Part shown: in pieces, positions 38,573 through 51,958 of the stretch
Layout of the letters: each line of letters starts with the position of its first letter
Numbering within the stretch: the stretch's first letter is position 1
Program-made: the position numbers and the translations under genes
Notes under the pieces: generated by a model
Database searches by the model: none
Told to the model about the DNA's origin: nothing
Seen by the model: the letters and a program-made list of their open reading frames with translations, nothing else
Assembly (NCBI GenBank): GCA_008632985.1
Contig: QPGO01000158.1
Location: forward strand, 62,001 to 126,000
Origin: Psammoneis japonica
Taxonomy: Eukaryota
Reading direction: 5' to 3'
DNA: 64,000 bases

Positions 38573-39842
38573 TTATAACTTGGAGAGAATATTCCCCAGA
38601 GAAGCATTCACAGCCTTCAATTCATCGAGAACTTCTGAATTGTCGTCGGTGCTACTGGGTGCTCCCTTTTCGTCCAACAATTCAATCACTTGCTTCATTT
38701 TCTTATCCGCAAGCTTCGCCTCAATTGCTAGGTTATCCTTTCGATCCTCCAACGGCTTTGACTGCCAAAACATGATGAGACTCCACAATGTGACAAAGAA
38801 ATGAGCCAGCCAAGCCCAGACACCGGTATTGGCAACAGGTATCTCCTCTGGTTCCCCTTCTACTTCTTCGGCGGTTGCACCGCAGGCAGCAATCGCTGTC
38901 TCTAACAAGTCAAGCTGTGATTTCGTGGTTTCAGTGGTCGTAGAAGAGCGAATCTTGCTTGATACGCTGCGGATTCACACGAGACACAACAAGGAGACAG
39001 ACAGTGTGAGTGTCACACAGGCAGCTCGAGAAACGAGCAAGGGTGCGTCGTACTTACATGCAGGATTTTATGAAATTGACGTAAAGGCCAATCTGCACCA
39101 CTACATCATTCTTTCCTAATGCCGTCACGACCCAACGAACCTCCACTTTGAAGCAGTTGGAGTATGGTATGCCCTCCATTTCAACCGTCATTTGCAGGAC
39201 GCACTTGTCTTGGGAGAGTCGACAGAGGTGGGTGTGCGTCACAGACGCCACTGTAGGGCCCGCAAAAGGAATATCCTTGTCAAAAACAAAGGTGATTTTC
39301 CTCTTTTGAGTGAAGTCTTCCACACTCCAGCTCGCCGCAAAGTCTCCCTGATACTCCCAGGCGCCGACTTTGACATCCTTCTTGCCGCATTTCTCCAGCC
39401 AAGGACCAAAAAGTGGCTCCTTGTCGGTCTCGTTTCCCTCCGAAAATACAGTGTCATAGAAATCCTTCACAGACACTCCCGTGACATGCTTGTTGGCAAA
39501 AACCTGCATCTGCTCAAGAACACTATCGAGCGGAACCGACTGGATCATGCTTTCATCTTCGCCAGCAGCTCTGGCCGCCTGTTCCGTTTTGTGGCCCCGA
39601 TCCTTTTTCCCAAACTCCTTACTCAAGTCTTCAAACGCCTTTTTGGCTCCCTTCAACCGGGAGCCCCTTTTCTTTTCACTGTTCGACTCTCGTTTCTTCG
39701 CAAAGAAGGCCTTGGTTTTGTCGGCCTGTTTTGTGAAAGCGTTGCGTATATTCTCCCCAACATCCTGTTTTTGAAGATTGGAACTGGAGGACTCTTCCTT
39801 CTTCTCCTCCTTTCCTTGTTCCTTTTGGGGGCTTTCGGCCAT
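38573..39842 (-). CDS. VASt (StART-like, LAM/GRAMD1-type) lipid-transfer domain protein, exons 39842-39058 and 38966-38573
   Basis: FYDTVFSE, GKKDVKVGAW, GPTVASVTH, MEGIPYSNCFKVEVRWVV, VNFIKSC|IVSSKIRSST; C-terminal hydrophobic segment. An upstream exon is possible. Confidence 0.85.
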
Positions 39843-40456
39843 TGTATCACAAGTACATGCAGTGATAAGCAGTGCCCGTCCAATGAAACAGAAGCTGCTA
39901 ACTATGAACTGTAACTTTGAGACCAACAAATAACAAGCATCTTCAATCGCGCTCTGGCGAATGGATTGTGGAACGTGGAACAATCCGGGTGACACAATCT
40001 CCAAATCTCAATACGCATACTCTCTACTCTAGCTAGAGGGCCTACCTTTGGTACCTACTGTAACTGGGTGGCGTTGCAAGTTGCAATTTGGTGGTACTAG
40101 TTGTATTACTCTGTTGTGTTGAGACTCTACAATGTCAATTCCTTGCAGCTCTGACAAGTGAGAGCCTATGCCGAGCAGTCCAAGACAAACTACTCTGCTA
40201 CAGCTGCTACTGTATTACCGTACAGTGCCGGAAGAATACTGCATCGAGAGAAATACCCGCATGAATCGGTGGAGGGTAGAGAGGCCGCTTGCATCAGGAC
40301 ACTTTGGTAGGTCAACCATTCGTCACTAGTACTGTTTCAAAGAACTAGGATAGTTGTAAACAAATCATCTATATTTAGTTTATCAGAAATGTAGCAAAAA
40401 TCATTTGTGCTCACGATTGCCTCGCCAGCCTTTGTACACACCGGTAGTCACCCTTG

Positions 40457-41218
40457 TTACACAGAGGAAAGACGAGTCTTTGAAGCTCTCTCAAAGCTAA
40501 AGGTGTGCCGCCTCTTACCATCATCATCTTCTTGTATTGTGGGAAGGCTCGTCTGCCGCGTGATGTTTGGAGTCGATTGCCACGCTCGTCTGTTCTTTCT
40601 TGTTGACAACTCGCTCTCTAAAAAGTCGTGCTCTTCTCGTGCGTGCGACAAAATGGAGTTGTCCTTGGGCAAGCCACATAACTCATAGACTTTGAGAGCC
40701 TTGCCCAATAGATTGCAAGCGGCCTCCTTATCTCCACACTTGTGATAGGAGATTCCCAGTCGGTGAAGTAGGAGACCAATCTCGACTCGGTCTCCTTCGT
40801 GAATCATGGAAGAGGTTTCAAGCCAAAGCGCCTTGAGAAAAGACGCCACAGCTGACTCGTATTTGCCACTGAGATTGTTAGCAACGCCAATGTAGCCGTG
40901 TACAGAAGCGACGTATTGTGGTGGTAAGTGAGGTGATTGGTCCAGTATTGCGGACAGAGTGCTAACCACGGCATCTAGTTCCTCTCGTGATAGTTCAGAG
41001 GCTTCTTTGTTGTTCGAAAGGCTTTCACATCGCCGTGTAAGGTCATGAAATTGATGTTGAGCTGACTTGCGAAGCCTCATGTCAAGGCAATAGGTGCCCA
41101 AAGTCTCGCTCAATAGCTTCGATAGCGAGTGGTATTGCAATCCAACGACCTCTATTGGTGCGTCCGGTCTTCGATGTGATGCGATAGCTGCAAAAGAGGA
41201 TCTACGTGGGTAAGTCAT
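40457..41218 (-). CDS. TPR-like helical repeat protein
   Basis: GYIGVANNLSGKYESAVASFLKAL and LHRLGISYHKCGDKEAACNLLGKAL are TPR-like. Confidence 0.7.
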   Translation of the reverse strand: MTYPRRSSFAAIASHRRPDAPIEVVGLQYHSLSKLLSETLGTYCLDMRLRKSAQHQFHDLTRRCESLSNNKEASELSREELDAVVSTLSAILDQSPHLPPQYVASVHGYIGVANNLSGKYESAVASFLKALWLETSSMIHEGDRVEIGLLLHRLGISYHKCGDKEAACNLLGKALKVYELCGLPKDNSILSHAREEHDFLESELSTRKNRRAWQSTPNITRQTSLPTIQEDDDGKRRHTFSFERASKTRLSSV

Positions 41219-42009
41219 CGTGTTGTTGTTTTATGGGAATATTTTTCAACGTCGTCAATGCGAATTAACGCTTCTCGCCAACACAGCATCGGATGATGTG
41301 TGCGAAAAAAAGCGCGAAAGGCTTTTCTTTCCTGCTCCTGGGTTGGAATGACGTGATCCTGTCTATGTGCGAATGTGTCTGATCTACCATTTCCTGGTAT
41401 TTTTCTACGTACAAAATCCTCAGTATTGATTTTCGTAGGAAAAAGCGACGAGAACTCCGATGTCTGTTCACATTTACGATATTAAAGAATAATACGACGA
41501 ACATCGTGGATAGGACAAACCAGATTCGAAGAAAGTTCTTCGATGATCAAAAATGAATTCGTTTTAGCTAGGTCACAACGATGCAAACATCGACGTCAAT
41601 ACTGCATGCACCGTATGTACACTGTCGTACGGTCAAAGCGTGAAGAAAATGTCCATTCGCCATCGGTCACACTTTTTCGATCGCGGATCGCGGTGAAATG
41701 CAGAGAAATAGAGTAGTTACTCTCGAGCAGACGCTGACAAAAAGGACGACGCTTCTGGTCTCACGGTAGCCCTAATAAGAAAGAGAGAGCAGGAAGCATT
41801 TCGATCAGGGTCCCGGTAGAAAAGAGGGCAGAAACAAGAAATGTATTTGGGCTTCTTTTTTTGCTGACGGAGCAGCAATGCAATCACGTGTCAAAGCAGT
41901 CTTCGAGATAAAACCGCAATCGTGCAACGACTGCAATAATGTCCTAATATGTCGACCATAGTGCCGGCAGATCGGCCTGCTCGGTAAGTTATAAATCAGT
42001 TGCATGAGC

Positions 42010-42216
42010 GAGATTCGTGGGGCAATCTGGTGTCTATGCATGAATTGTTGAGCTTTCCTGCATGTAATCTCTTGAACGCCTGTGAATTGTTGAGATTCGC
42101 ATAGCAATCTGGTGTCTGTGAGTTGTTGAGATTTCCTGCATGTCATCTCTTGAACGTCTGTGAATTGTTGAGATTCGCGTAGTAATCTGGTGTCTGTGAG
42201 TTGTTGAGATTTCCTG
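42010..42216. repeat. Minisatellite with a period of about 78 bp, built from about 39-bp subunits
   Basis: aatctggtgtct at 42024, 42106 and 42184; (c)tgtga(a/g)ttgttgagatt recurs about every 39 bp. Confidence 0.85.
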
Positions 42217-42767
42217 AATGCAATATGAAGAGACTGTCGGAAGCTTTGCTCGTGTGTCTAGGAAGCTAGAGTAGGAGCTAGAGCCAGACGCCGACTGCCG
42301 CACTGACAAGATGTGCGCCAAGAATTTGACTCTGATGTTTAGGAGAAAGACCAACCACCAAGATCTGCCGGTCTGACAAGTGCGAATGCTTTGAGAACAA
42401 CGTTCTCTTTACAACTATTCTTTTATTCTGAGCTAGCACTCGTCACTCTCCTCTAGCGAGTATTGAAAGGCTGACAACTAAATGCTGGAGTACCGCAGAT
42501 GGGGGCAGAAAACGGTGGGCAGTGAGACGGAGAACGCAACCACCATAAACCTGCTCTATAGTCGTAAAATTATAGACCTCTAGTCGTAAGATTGGTGAGT
42601 TTTGCGAGATTCTTGAAAAAGTATGGTTTGGTCTCTGATCTCTTTGCAAGCTCCAGAGTAGAATCCGGTTAGATTCTCGCCTCACACCAACAACGCAAAC
42701 ATCACATGTCTACGACTTTGCGTGAATGTACTAGGGCCCTAGTGGCTTCAGAGTAGCACGACATCCT

Positions 42768-43733
42768 TCAACCCTTGAGCCACGCCTTTCCTTTGGGCTT
42801 TGGAGGCGGACCCTGAAGAGATTTACCAGCATTCACCATGCACTCCGCCGCATAAGCCAATCTCTGACCTGATACCTCGGCATCTGGTGCACGGGGCGCC
42901 ATGGTTGTGACAACCTGTGACAAGGCTTCCAAACTTTCTCCACAAGTAACAAGATGAGCTCCAACGTCTGCCACTGCCTGCCGAGTCATGATTCCTGCCC
43001 CCGCGGATTCCAATTCATTGCTACATGTCGCCACGGGTTGCACCATTTGTTCTGGAAGAATGAGTCCGAGGTTCATAATGTTCATCAGCGAGCAGAGAGA
43101 GGGGAAATTGTGAGAAAGGTGCGCGCCGACGCAAAAACACAAGTGGCCACAGAAGCAGTGTCCAAAGATTACGTGCGCATCATAATATGTCGTTCAAACC
43201 AAGCGCATCGTCTGGCAAATAGAGTAGCCCATAGACGCAAAAGTTTGAAACATACCAATTTGTTCAGCCAGTTCGACATTCTTGTCGGCATTGGCTTCCT
43301 CGACTGCCAATTTCAGTTTCCCCGAGGCTTCCGAAAGGCACGTTGCACCCTCACGCAATTCATCGCATACCAGTTCGGCCGCGGTTTTAAAGCGACACGA
43401 TGCCGCGGCCTGAGCAACACAATCGCCAGCGTTTCGTATTTGTGCCCCGGCGGCCGACAATCCACCTCCGTAAATGTCCAACTGCGATGTAGCATCAATG
43501 ATCAATTCCCCACTCCTCGCCAATGCCTTTCCTGAGTCCATTAACGGAATAGCTGCGGGCTTTAATGACATGGACAAGGCAACATTGCCATGGTTGTGAT
43601 GGTGCACAAAGTGACGCGGAGTAAAAGTTCGTGTCGTTGTAACAAAGCTTCCGAGACTTGGTGGCATCAAAAGAGCTGCAACAATGAATGACACAAAAAT
43701 GAAAAGTTGCATTTCAGCCTTTGCTATCATCAT
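42768..43733 (-). CDS. Hypothetical, probably plastid-targeted helical protein, 2 exons (intron about 43091-43255)
   Basis: Signal peptide + SLGSFV; ORFs 43194-43733 and 42768-43142 join through a GT-AG intron. Confidence 0.75.
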
Positions 43734-44030
43734 GATCGCACTAGTCTATTCTAGAGACTTTCTGAAGCCATAAAATAAAGCGGTGTCGGATGATCGTCTC
43801 GTGCTTTTCGATTTGTTTAATAATTTTGTGAGGCGGAGAAAGCACGCAGATTTTGTACGGGTGTCCACGTAGACGAGCGGTCGAAGAACTGACCGCGCGT
43901 ACGTGGTAATTTCCGGGTTACCGCATTCTCCCTCCGACAGAAAAAAATGAGGAGCGACGATGATGAGATACAGTAGCGGTTGTAACCGTAACCAAAGCAA
44001 CCAAAGCAAACGATATCTTTTACTCCCAAG

Positions 44031-45130
44031 ATGAAGGTTGAACACAGAAAACTTGCTCTCGGATTCGTCGCAATGGCATTTGCCGTCGATGCCTTTGTCC
44101 CACATGCGGCGGTGGGAAAACGAGGCCATTCGATGAAGCTGTGGTCTTCCGCTGCTGCCCCTGCCTTGCCTGAAGGTCTATTTAAAACAGTTTCTAAAGA
44201 AGGAGATGGTCCACCAATGAGGCGTGGTGAAGTCGCTACTGTCAAGTACAGTTGTTATTTGCCGGGTGACACGTCAAAAATACCGTTTGCCAAATCGAGC
44301 AAGCAAAGAGTGGTACGAGAAAACAATTTTCGATTGTATCTGATTCGAATCTTTAAAAACGGGACCAAAATTTATCGCATCTTTTGCTCTTTTGATGTCT
44401 TTCTCTCTCTAGACTGTCGGTGACGGCGGAATGATTGAAGGATGGGAAATAGCCTTGGCCACCATGAAGGAGGGTGAACGAGCGGTTGTCAGAATTGAAG
44501 ACCCTGCCTTGGCGTATGGAAGTAAAGGGTTTCCACCAATTATCCCACCTAATGCAGCAGTAGAGGTAGATCTCGAAGTATTGGATGTATCGCCTCCCAT
44601 TAGTCCCATGGACTTTGATAACATGATTGTTGACAAATCCACGCCGGTGCGTTACTTACAAATGGATTTGCGAAATTGATTCGCGGTTTCACTGCTCACT
44701 TTCTTTCGTTTTTTGGTAACGGGACAAAATTCACATGATTATACTGTAGATGACTGCCGAGAGTATTCAAGCCGCCTACGAGGAACGCATGAGGAAAAAG
44801 GCATTGGAGGAACCACCAAAGGAAGGAATGGAGGCATGGATAGAAAAGGCCAAGAACTTTTACTTTTTTGGTTTCTTTGAGGGCGAAACAGGGCAAAAAG
44901 CACCTTGGTTTTTGCGTCCCAGCATTACATTCCCATTGGCATTTGTGGCTGTCGGTGCCTTGTTTTACATTACCTATTATTTTGGCGGAATCACCGAACG
45001 TGGTGCCCCATCCACGGACGAGTTGGATGAAATCATTGTATCGAGTACCAACCTTGTGCAACAACCTGCGACACTCTTGGCCACCACTCTATTGGCATCG
45101 GTTGGTGTGAATGAAATTTCTGCACTTTGA
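44031..45130 (+). CDS. FKBP-type peptidyl-prolyl isomerase with C-terminal TM, plastid-targeted; exons about 44031-44312, 44413-44646, 44750-45130
   Basis: AVDAFVP presequence; KEGDG, MIEGWEIALATMKEGERA, AYGSKGFPPIIPPNA. Confidence 0.9.
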
Positions 45131-45185
45131 AGAGGATTAAGATTTCAAACATTATTGTTCTACTACCCTTTTGGCTCTGCTTGAG

Positions 45186-46715
45186 TTATATGTCTTCTCC
45201 ATCGGCCGTCAAAAAGTGATTCTTCACATTGTTTCTCACTCGTCGCTTCTTTGTCATGTCAAGATCCGCCGCCTTGGCGGCCTCGCTCGTTTTGGATAGG
45301 ATCAATCGCTTCTCCAGCTGCGTCAGGGTCGTGTCTGTCCCGAGCAGCTGCCCGTCGGCACCAAAAATGGCTTGCAGCGTACTGTTGGTCATGAGCTGAA
45401 TCTGAAATCCACCCTGCAGGCAATGCCGGCAAAAGTTGAGTTGCACCACCTCCTTCCAGGAATTGAGCATGAGCGTTCCTCCACGAAACGTCACCACCTC
45501 TTCTGGAGGCTCGTCATCGACAATGGTGGCCATGAATTCCCTAAAGGTGGCACGTTGCTCCTTCTTTTTCTTTTTGCTCAAGTGGTGTCCAGACTCGACT
45601 GACAATTCGGCAACACGCTGTTTGACCTCATCCATGAGAACTTCCCATTCGGATCCATCCCACGAACCTAGAAATATAATAAATGACGGTGAGACAGACA
45701 AGGACACAAGTCACACACCTCCCGAGCACAACACCGCACGTACCTCGACGAAAGCGCCGTTCAGACGCGTTTTCACCTTCCTCTTCATCAATTCCGAGAT
45801 TCAATCTTGATTCGTGAATGAGCGCTACACACTCTCCGCTGCTGACCGTAGCTCGACACTTGTATGGTCCAGCATTGCTTCAACAGAGGCAAAATCAACA
45901 ACCCCCGTCCGGTTTGGAAATCATCATTTCCAGCAATATAGGCATCTAGCACTGTCGTACTCAGGAGCGCCCAACAATCCAAGGCTGTGGCACGCAGGGT
46001 AGGCGCTACAGGCTCTTCTCGAAATTCCGGAGCACAAATAGCTTCGCACAGGTTCAGCATTCCAACGTGGTGCTGGTATCCGAGGAGCAAATAAAGTTGG
46101 TCATGGCCAGAGCCCTCAAGGCCGCCCCCCGAACTGCAGTGGCACGAGTTGTTGTTTGTGTAACACGAACCAATCGTTCCTGAATAGCTTCATAATACTC
46201 ATCGTAATCACCACCCAACACAATGGCGGTGACTTCCAACACGCGACACGACGCGTACTGTTCTGCCGGAGACGCCACTCCACCACGCAATCCCGTTTGA
46301 CATGCGGCCGCCAAAATGTTGTTATGTTGGAAGCAACCGTCTCTTGCCCAATCGTGCCGGTTGCAAATTGGGAAATGGCTCGAAATGCTTTTTTCAAAAG
46401 TGATTCACGAGTCGCCGTTCGCTTTTCGGATGCTAATTCTTGAATAGCAACAAGCGCATCGACCAAGCGTGTTTGACGCGAGGCTGCCGCTGTTGCTGCT
46501 GCTGTGACACTGGTTCCTGCATCGTGGTGATCGTCTTGATAGACATCTTCGTCTCCACCAAAAAAATCATCGTCGTAGATCGAGGTTGCAACGCTGTCGG
46601 CCACCGTGTGATCTTCCGACAAGACGTCGACCGCATCGCCATTGTTGTCGTGCCCGAACGACTCTCCAAGCGATAAGCCCTTTTTTCGTCGTTGAGACCT
46701 TGGTTTCTTGGCCAT
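45186..46715 (-). CDS. IFRD (interferon-related developmental regulator) family protein, several apparent frameshifts
   Basis: MAKKPRSQRRKKG, SEKRTATRES, KKKKKEQRATFR, QLNFCRHCLQGGF..NSTLQAIFG, EKRL..KSEAAKA..MTKKR, spread over 4 ORFs. Confidence 0.75.
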
Positions 46716-47060
46716 AATGTCGATTGAAAACACAAACAAGGTCACAAAAGCTGTCACACAACAAACAACGAAAATGAGAAGGTTGCTGTTGTGTGCGGTG
46801 AGTGGTCGTGTGATGCTCGCAGAAAAAGCGCGCGAGATCGGGGTTCTCATTGAAGCTCATAAAGCACCCGGATGTGAGAATCTTTATCGAAAACAGGCGA
46901 TCTGGATCCCGAAGATTCGAAATCTTTTATCTTTTTTTGCGTTATTTGCGTATTGCATGCGGCAATGGCAGAAACGGAAAGCAACGTCGTGACGAGACAC
47001 CGATCCCTTCAATTTGACGGCAGGAATTGCGTTACCATTATCCATAGAGGGTTTCATAGT

Positions 47061-47486
47061 ATGGGAATTTGGATGGTGTTTATGACTATGCTGTTCACCA
47101 CGACAGACGCATTGTCGCCCACCACATTGCCACAAGCAGTTGTCAAGTCGCAATTGAACGCCTTGCACCTAAAGGACCTTTATGGAGTCTTTCAATTTGC
47201 ATCACCAGCCAACAAGAAAGTTACGGGTCCATGGCAGCATTTTGCACAAATTGTACAGTCCGAACCATATGCACCACTTGTGGGACACGAACGTGCTGAA
47301 ATCATAATGACGGTAGCCTCGTCTGCAGCTCCTGCTTGGAAGTGTTTGGTACGAATATGGCCTGATAAAGACAATGAAGAAACCATAGAGCAGACGTTTG
47401 ACTTCTGGTGGCATTTATCAAAATGCGGAGAAGAAGGACCATATCATGATTGTTGGATGGTCGATGGAGTGATGCCGGCCATTTAG
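47061..47486 (+). CDS. DUF4864-like protein with signal peptide
   Basis: PQAVVKSQLNAL..FQFASPANKKVTGPWQHFAQIV..YAPLVGH..WMVDGV. Confidence 0.7.
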   Translation: MGIWMVFMTMLFTTTDALSPTTLPQAVVKSQLNALHLKDLYGVFQFASPANKKVTGPWQHFAQIVQSEPYAPLVGHERAEIIMTVASSAAPAWKCLVRIWPDKDNEETIEQTFDFWWHLSKCGEEGPYHDCWMVDGVMPAI

Positions 47487-47924
47487 ACTTTAGACGAATC
47501 ACGTCAGGTAACGCAGGTTCAGGCCTACAGCATTTATGGAGTGTTGCGACGAATCCACTGGCCTTCTTGTCAGAAGCTCTCGCTCTACTCTCATGTAAGT
47601 AGATAGAATAGAAGTATAGTAGCGACGGTTCTCCATAGAGAAAGTGGACTGCGTGACATGCAATAACTTTCGCTTTCTCGGGTCATGTTTCAGGAAGCGA
47701 ATTATTGTTGGTGGAACGCTTTCTGTAAAGATACCAAATTGAAAACGCGATTGATGATGTTCAGGTGCACGGTGCAGAGAGCGGGCATAGTTATTTGAGA
47801 TCAGCAGAAAATTTGGTGCATACTCTCGGCGATATCATGTCCAGGAACGTGTGTGCCTTGTGGTAGGCCCCCGATGGCTGCACACACCGGGTGTCTTTCT
47901 TAATTCTGAGCATATCATGACCTG

Positions 47925-48855
47925 CAAGGAGGAGAAACTACATGGAGTCTTTCCAATAACTGTGACAATGAGGAGGTTCTTGCCGATGGACCTTACAACG
48001 AACTAAGCACCCCTCGTGTTGTCTCTGCTTGCCTTCCAGCAGACATGGAGCACACCTTCACCATTTCAGATACATGGGGTGATGGCATCCGTTGTGGATG
48101 CGGCCAGGGGTTATGCAGTGTAAGCGTTGAAGGCAGCGATATTTTCAGTGGCGGAGACTCCGGAGCTCAGGATGCCAATTCTTTCGGGACGTGTCAATCG
48201 TCAGCGACGCCTTCGCCGTCGAACGGCCCTCCATCACCGCCTACTTCGTCTCCCTCCCCGTCATCTGTGGGATGCAACTGTGCTTGACGTCGTGGTACAT
48301 GCGACTTTGTCAATTAACAAGACGTTGACAAATGGCATGGATTTTTGAGATTGCACAAACTCGCATCGTTCATGTGACGCTAGACTAGATGCATGCACCA
48401 AAGATGATCTAAGAATGCAAACCGAGCTTCTATTTATGCCCACACTAACTGAGCAGGCATCTCCACCCCCGGTGTTTGCTCCAGCGAGGATTGGTTGGGG
48501 TTTGGAGCAGCAAGGCGCGTATTAGGTGGTCCTGCCATCATCTTTGACGTGGCCAGATTCGTGTCCCAATGGCAAAGTGGACATTATCAAGCAAGGCGGT
48601 GAACACTGTCTCCCCAACGAGAGGCCAGACGTTGATATTGAGTTTGATATTGCTGTCCGACGTTTCGTTGATACCACTTCTTTGAAGCTGTGGTATGTCA
48701 CGAGCACTGATTCGATAAGCATTGGGACACACTCAGACAATGGCGCAGCTTTCAGTGATCCACCGTCCTTACCAGCATCGGGGTGGATCTGGTACGACAT
48801 GGTTACGACTGGGTCATACAATCGCGAAGGAACCATCAAACCCAAGGTACGATAA
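47925..48855 (+). pseudogene. Fragments of a secreted-protein gene (xTFTIxDxxGDGxC-type domain, P/S linker, downstream fragment)
   Basis: ETTWSL..HTFTISDTWGDGIRCGCGQG..SGGD, then PSPS linker and stops; no clear start. Confidence 0.5.
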
Positions 48856-50381
48856 TTTCTTTCTCGTCCTCTCCCAAATAAGTTACGGTCTCACCAGATA
48901 AATCACCTTTGTATTGACTGTCAGACTGATGGAGCATACCTGTATCCAAGCGAGAGCCACGAACATGAAGAACTCAACGATTTTGAGACTTTCCGAAACG
49001 CCGTGGAAAGCTCTGCATCTCTTGCCGAGGAAGTGGGAATTCTCACCTTTATTGGCATGCTGGGAGATAGATCTGAAGAATGCCAGACTTATCCTCTCAT
49101 AGTGTCTTCCTATCACAACACTTTTTTCCATGCCCGGCCTGTTCACGGCTTGCAACCCATCAGTTTACAATGATTCGAGATACTTTGTGAAAGTTCGGTT
49201 CGAGAATGGTTCCTCTGACGGGGAATAATTGCTGTACCGGATCTCTCCGGCTCGAATCAACTCCGGCATTTCAGTTCTACCATTACTGCATGAGCTTAAG
49301 GGTTGAACGTTGCCGATGATGTCGGGCAAACACAGACATCTGAGGGAAACTGCACGGGTCTTGTCATACTTTCAAATCGAGGGCTAAGCCAGCAATCTCA
49401 ATAAGTTTCTAGCACACTAATTTGGGAATAGCACATGTCAAATAATGCCTACAGTATGAGGTGAATACTCTTGTTCTGGTGTAATAAAGATCGCTACTAC
49501 CAATAGACGAGGTCAATCAATCTTCCTCGTCTGATGAGTCGTCGTCCGTCGAGTCATCCGCCTGGATCTCACTATACGAATGAGGCTTGGTCTTCGGCCC
49601 TGCTTGGCGCATGACAAAGTTCTTGCCAATACCTTGCAAATCTCCGTAGTAAGATTGGAATCGGGTCCTTCAACTTGTCACCTACAAACGGAACAGCGAG
49701 AACGACGTGCTTTTCTCTCTTCTCGCTCGGAAGATTAAAACGCATTCGAGTATGCCATCATACACTTTTTACTCCTTCCTTTGATGAACTAGTAGGTAAA
49801 GAAATGGCTTTTGAGACTGGTTGTACGTGGGTTGCCCCCCGTTGGCAGTTGTAAGGTACAACTCACTAAACACGAGATAATAACATGGACACCGTGTTGT
49901 CGATTTGATAGGTCGGGATGCCGGACTATATCGATATACTTTGCAACTTGCTTGGGTGAAGAATGCATCAATCCCATCGATTGTTTGTCCACTTGTTGAT
50001 TAACCGACTGTGCCTTGGCTCTGCTTTTGTGCTTGTTCTTTCGCGGCTCGACACCCACACCACTAACAAGCTCTCGTCGCTTTTCTCATTCTACAAACGC
50101 ACGAATCTCAAATTCAATGTACTTTTCCAAAGCGAGTCTTTTATCGCAGAGTTTATCTCCGAATTTAAAACTTTCTTCACATGTCAGGAAAGTTGTGTCG
50201 CACTGTGCATTCGTTCATCGAGATGTCTGGGAATTGGTACTTGAGAAGAACAACTTTCACGAATACAGAGTGCATCGATCCACAGACTTCTTTGTAGCAA
50301 ATGTCGTCATGAATTGCGAATAGTGCGCTACATCCGTCAACACCAGTCTCCGTCCTTCCATGAGCTCCTTACGCCAAATCA

Positions 50382-50936
50382 CTAGCTAGAGGAGTCCTCT
50401 TCGCCTTTCGAGAACAGCCCATAGAGAACGGAAACAGTGCATGCTGCAATTTCAGCTAGACGGCTCTGTTCATCCACTTGATTATCAAATGCCATCGAAT
50501 CTGCTACCGTTTCCACAAGAGGAAGCAAGACAAGGGTAAATGCAGCAACAATTCCAGGTACAGCGATTCGTTGTCGATTTGCTGGAATTGGAATGTCTTT
50601 TAATTTCCCCAGTCGTGTCCCTAACAGCGCCATGGATGACAACGTTAAAAATGTCCCCGAAAAAATTGGGTCTTTTGCGACGAGAACTCCTGTCAAAAAG
50701 ATGAGTCCAAAACAATCGTCAATGTACTGCGGCTGAATTGCCTCGTCGAGGGGGTCCTTCTTGGAAGCACTCGAAATGCGGCTTTTTTGTTTGTGCCGGA
50801 CGGAAAACGGTGCTACAAGAGGATGATGGTGCCTTGTCAAGAGTTTCTCGCTTCGAGAACATACAAAAGCACCAGTGAAAGTCAATCGCAGAACAAGTAT
50901 GATTGCAACAAAGGTGGGTCCTGCCGCGGCCCTCAT
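50382..50936 (-). CDS. Hypothetical membrane protein, probably plastid-targeted
   Basis: Signal peptide + TGAFVC, several hydrophobic helices, 184 aa. Confidence 0.7.
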   Translation of the reverse strand: MRAAAGPTFVAIILVLRLTFTGAFVCSRSEKLLTRHHHPLVAPFSVRHKQKSRISSASKKDPLDEAIQPQYIDDCFGLIFLTGVLVAKDPIFSGTFLTLSSMALLGTRLGKLKDIPIPANRQRIAVPGIVAAFTLVLLPLVETVADSMAFDNQVDEQSRLAEIAACTVSVLYGLFSKGEEDSSS

Positions 50937-51173
50937 GGCAAATTTTTAGTTTTTTTGTTCAACCTTCAGTAAACCTCCTCTAAAATCGAAGTGGAACGCA
51001 CAATCTTCTGTCGACAACAGCAAGTAGAGGAACGAGAACTTGCGGTTGTGAGCGAGCAGCAGTCTCGAAGTCAAGCGAAGAGGGGAAGCGCCGCCGAGTT
51101 GACCATGGCCGCTGGCTGCTGGCTGCTGGCCGCTGCTCTCACATGCGTGCGGCTGCGCAGCCGGCAGGACATG

Positions 51174-51958
51174 TGAAGAATTTACCATGTGATCTTATCG
51201 GAATTAGTGTTTAGAACTGTATATTTGGCGATTCGGAACGGGAAGACTCCATCCGAGATCTAGTCACAATCTTAGAAATAGTAGCACGATGTTACAACGA
51301 TTTTCTATAACTTTACTCTCTAGCAAGCGACTACAGGGTAATTTATTCACTTTATCAGAGCCATCGCCGTATGTAACGACAGTGGTAATGATTGCTACGC
51401 TTGCGAACGACTCGCAATACGACCATTCGTTCCAACTTGTCAGAGATGACATGAAAACATCGACGAACGTGAGACGACGTTCGTGCTTGACGAGTATGTA
51501 ACTCCCAGGGCTAGTTCGGCCGTAATACTTATGGATAACAAAAGTATCGACTGTCCTGATGTGTCTTATGAGCGTAAATACGCGGACACAGAGCGCAAAA
51601 TTGGATCTGGGACGCCATTTCCATACCGAAGTTATCTCGGAGGCAACCGCGTGGCGATTTGAAATCGCCGAGTGAGCATATATACATATCCAAGTTGAAT
51701 ATGTAGACGCGATATAATTAATAAATTATATATTTAACCTCACTAATTAATAAATTATATATTTAACCTCACTATTGGTCAATGTAAAACAGGGAGCGAG
51801 CACGTCGCCGATGATCGGCACATGCATTATTCGATCACGTAGATTGTAACAGTAGCCGTTATATCTGAATCTCGACACAGATATTAATCCACGTGGATTA
51901 AATATAAACCGCTATCTGTAGACACGTTGATCGTAGTTATAACGATTACTTTTATCCA
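51174..51958 (+). repeat. 5' LTR of the copia element (3' end approximate), TA-rich and unmutated
   Basis: Begins TGAAGAATTT; first 177 bp match 58400-58576; contains a 29-bp AT-rich tandem duplication at 51715-51772. Confidence 0.8.

Noticed and set aside
42010..42216. CRISPR-like array
   Set aside because: The whole unit repeats with no unique spacers, the context is eukaryotic and there are no cas genes.
51174..51350. Classical RIP (CA/TG->TA) acting on the 5' LTR
   Set aside because: Loss of invariant Tyr codons (YVDD->HVDD) and reciprocal CA/TG doublets in the TRIM show TA is ancestral.
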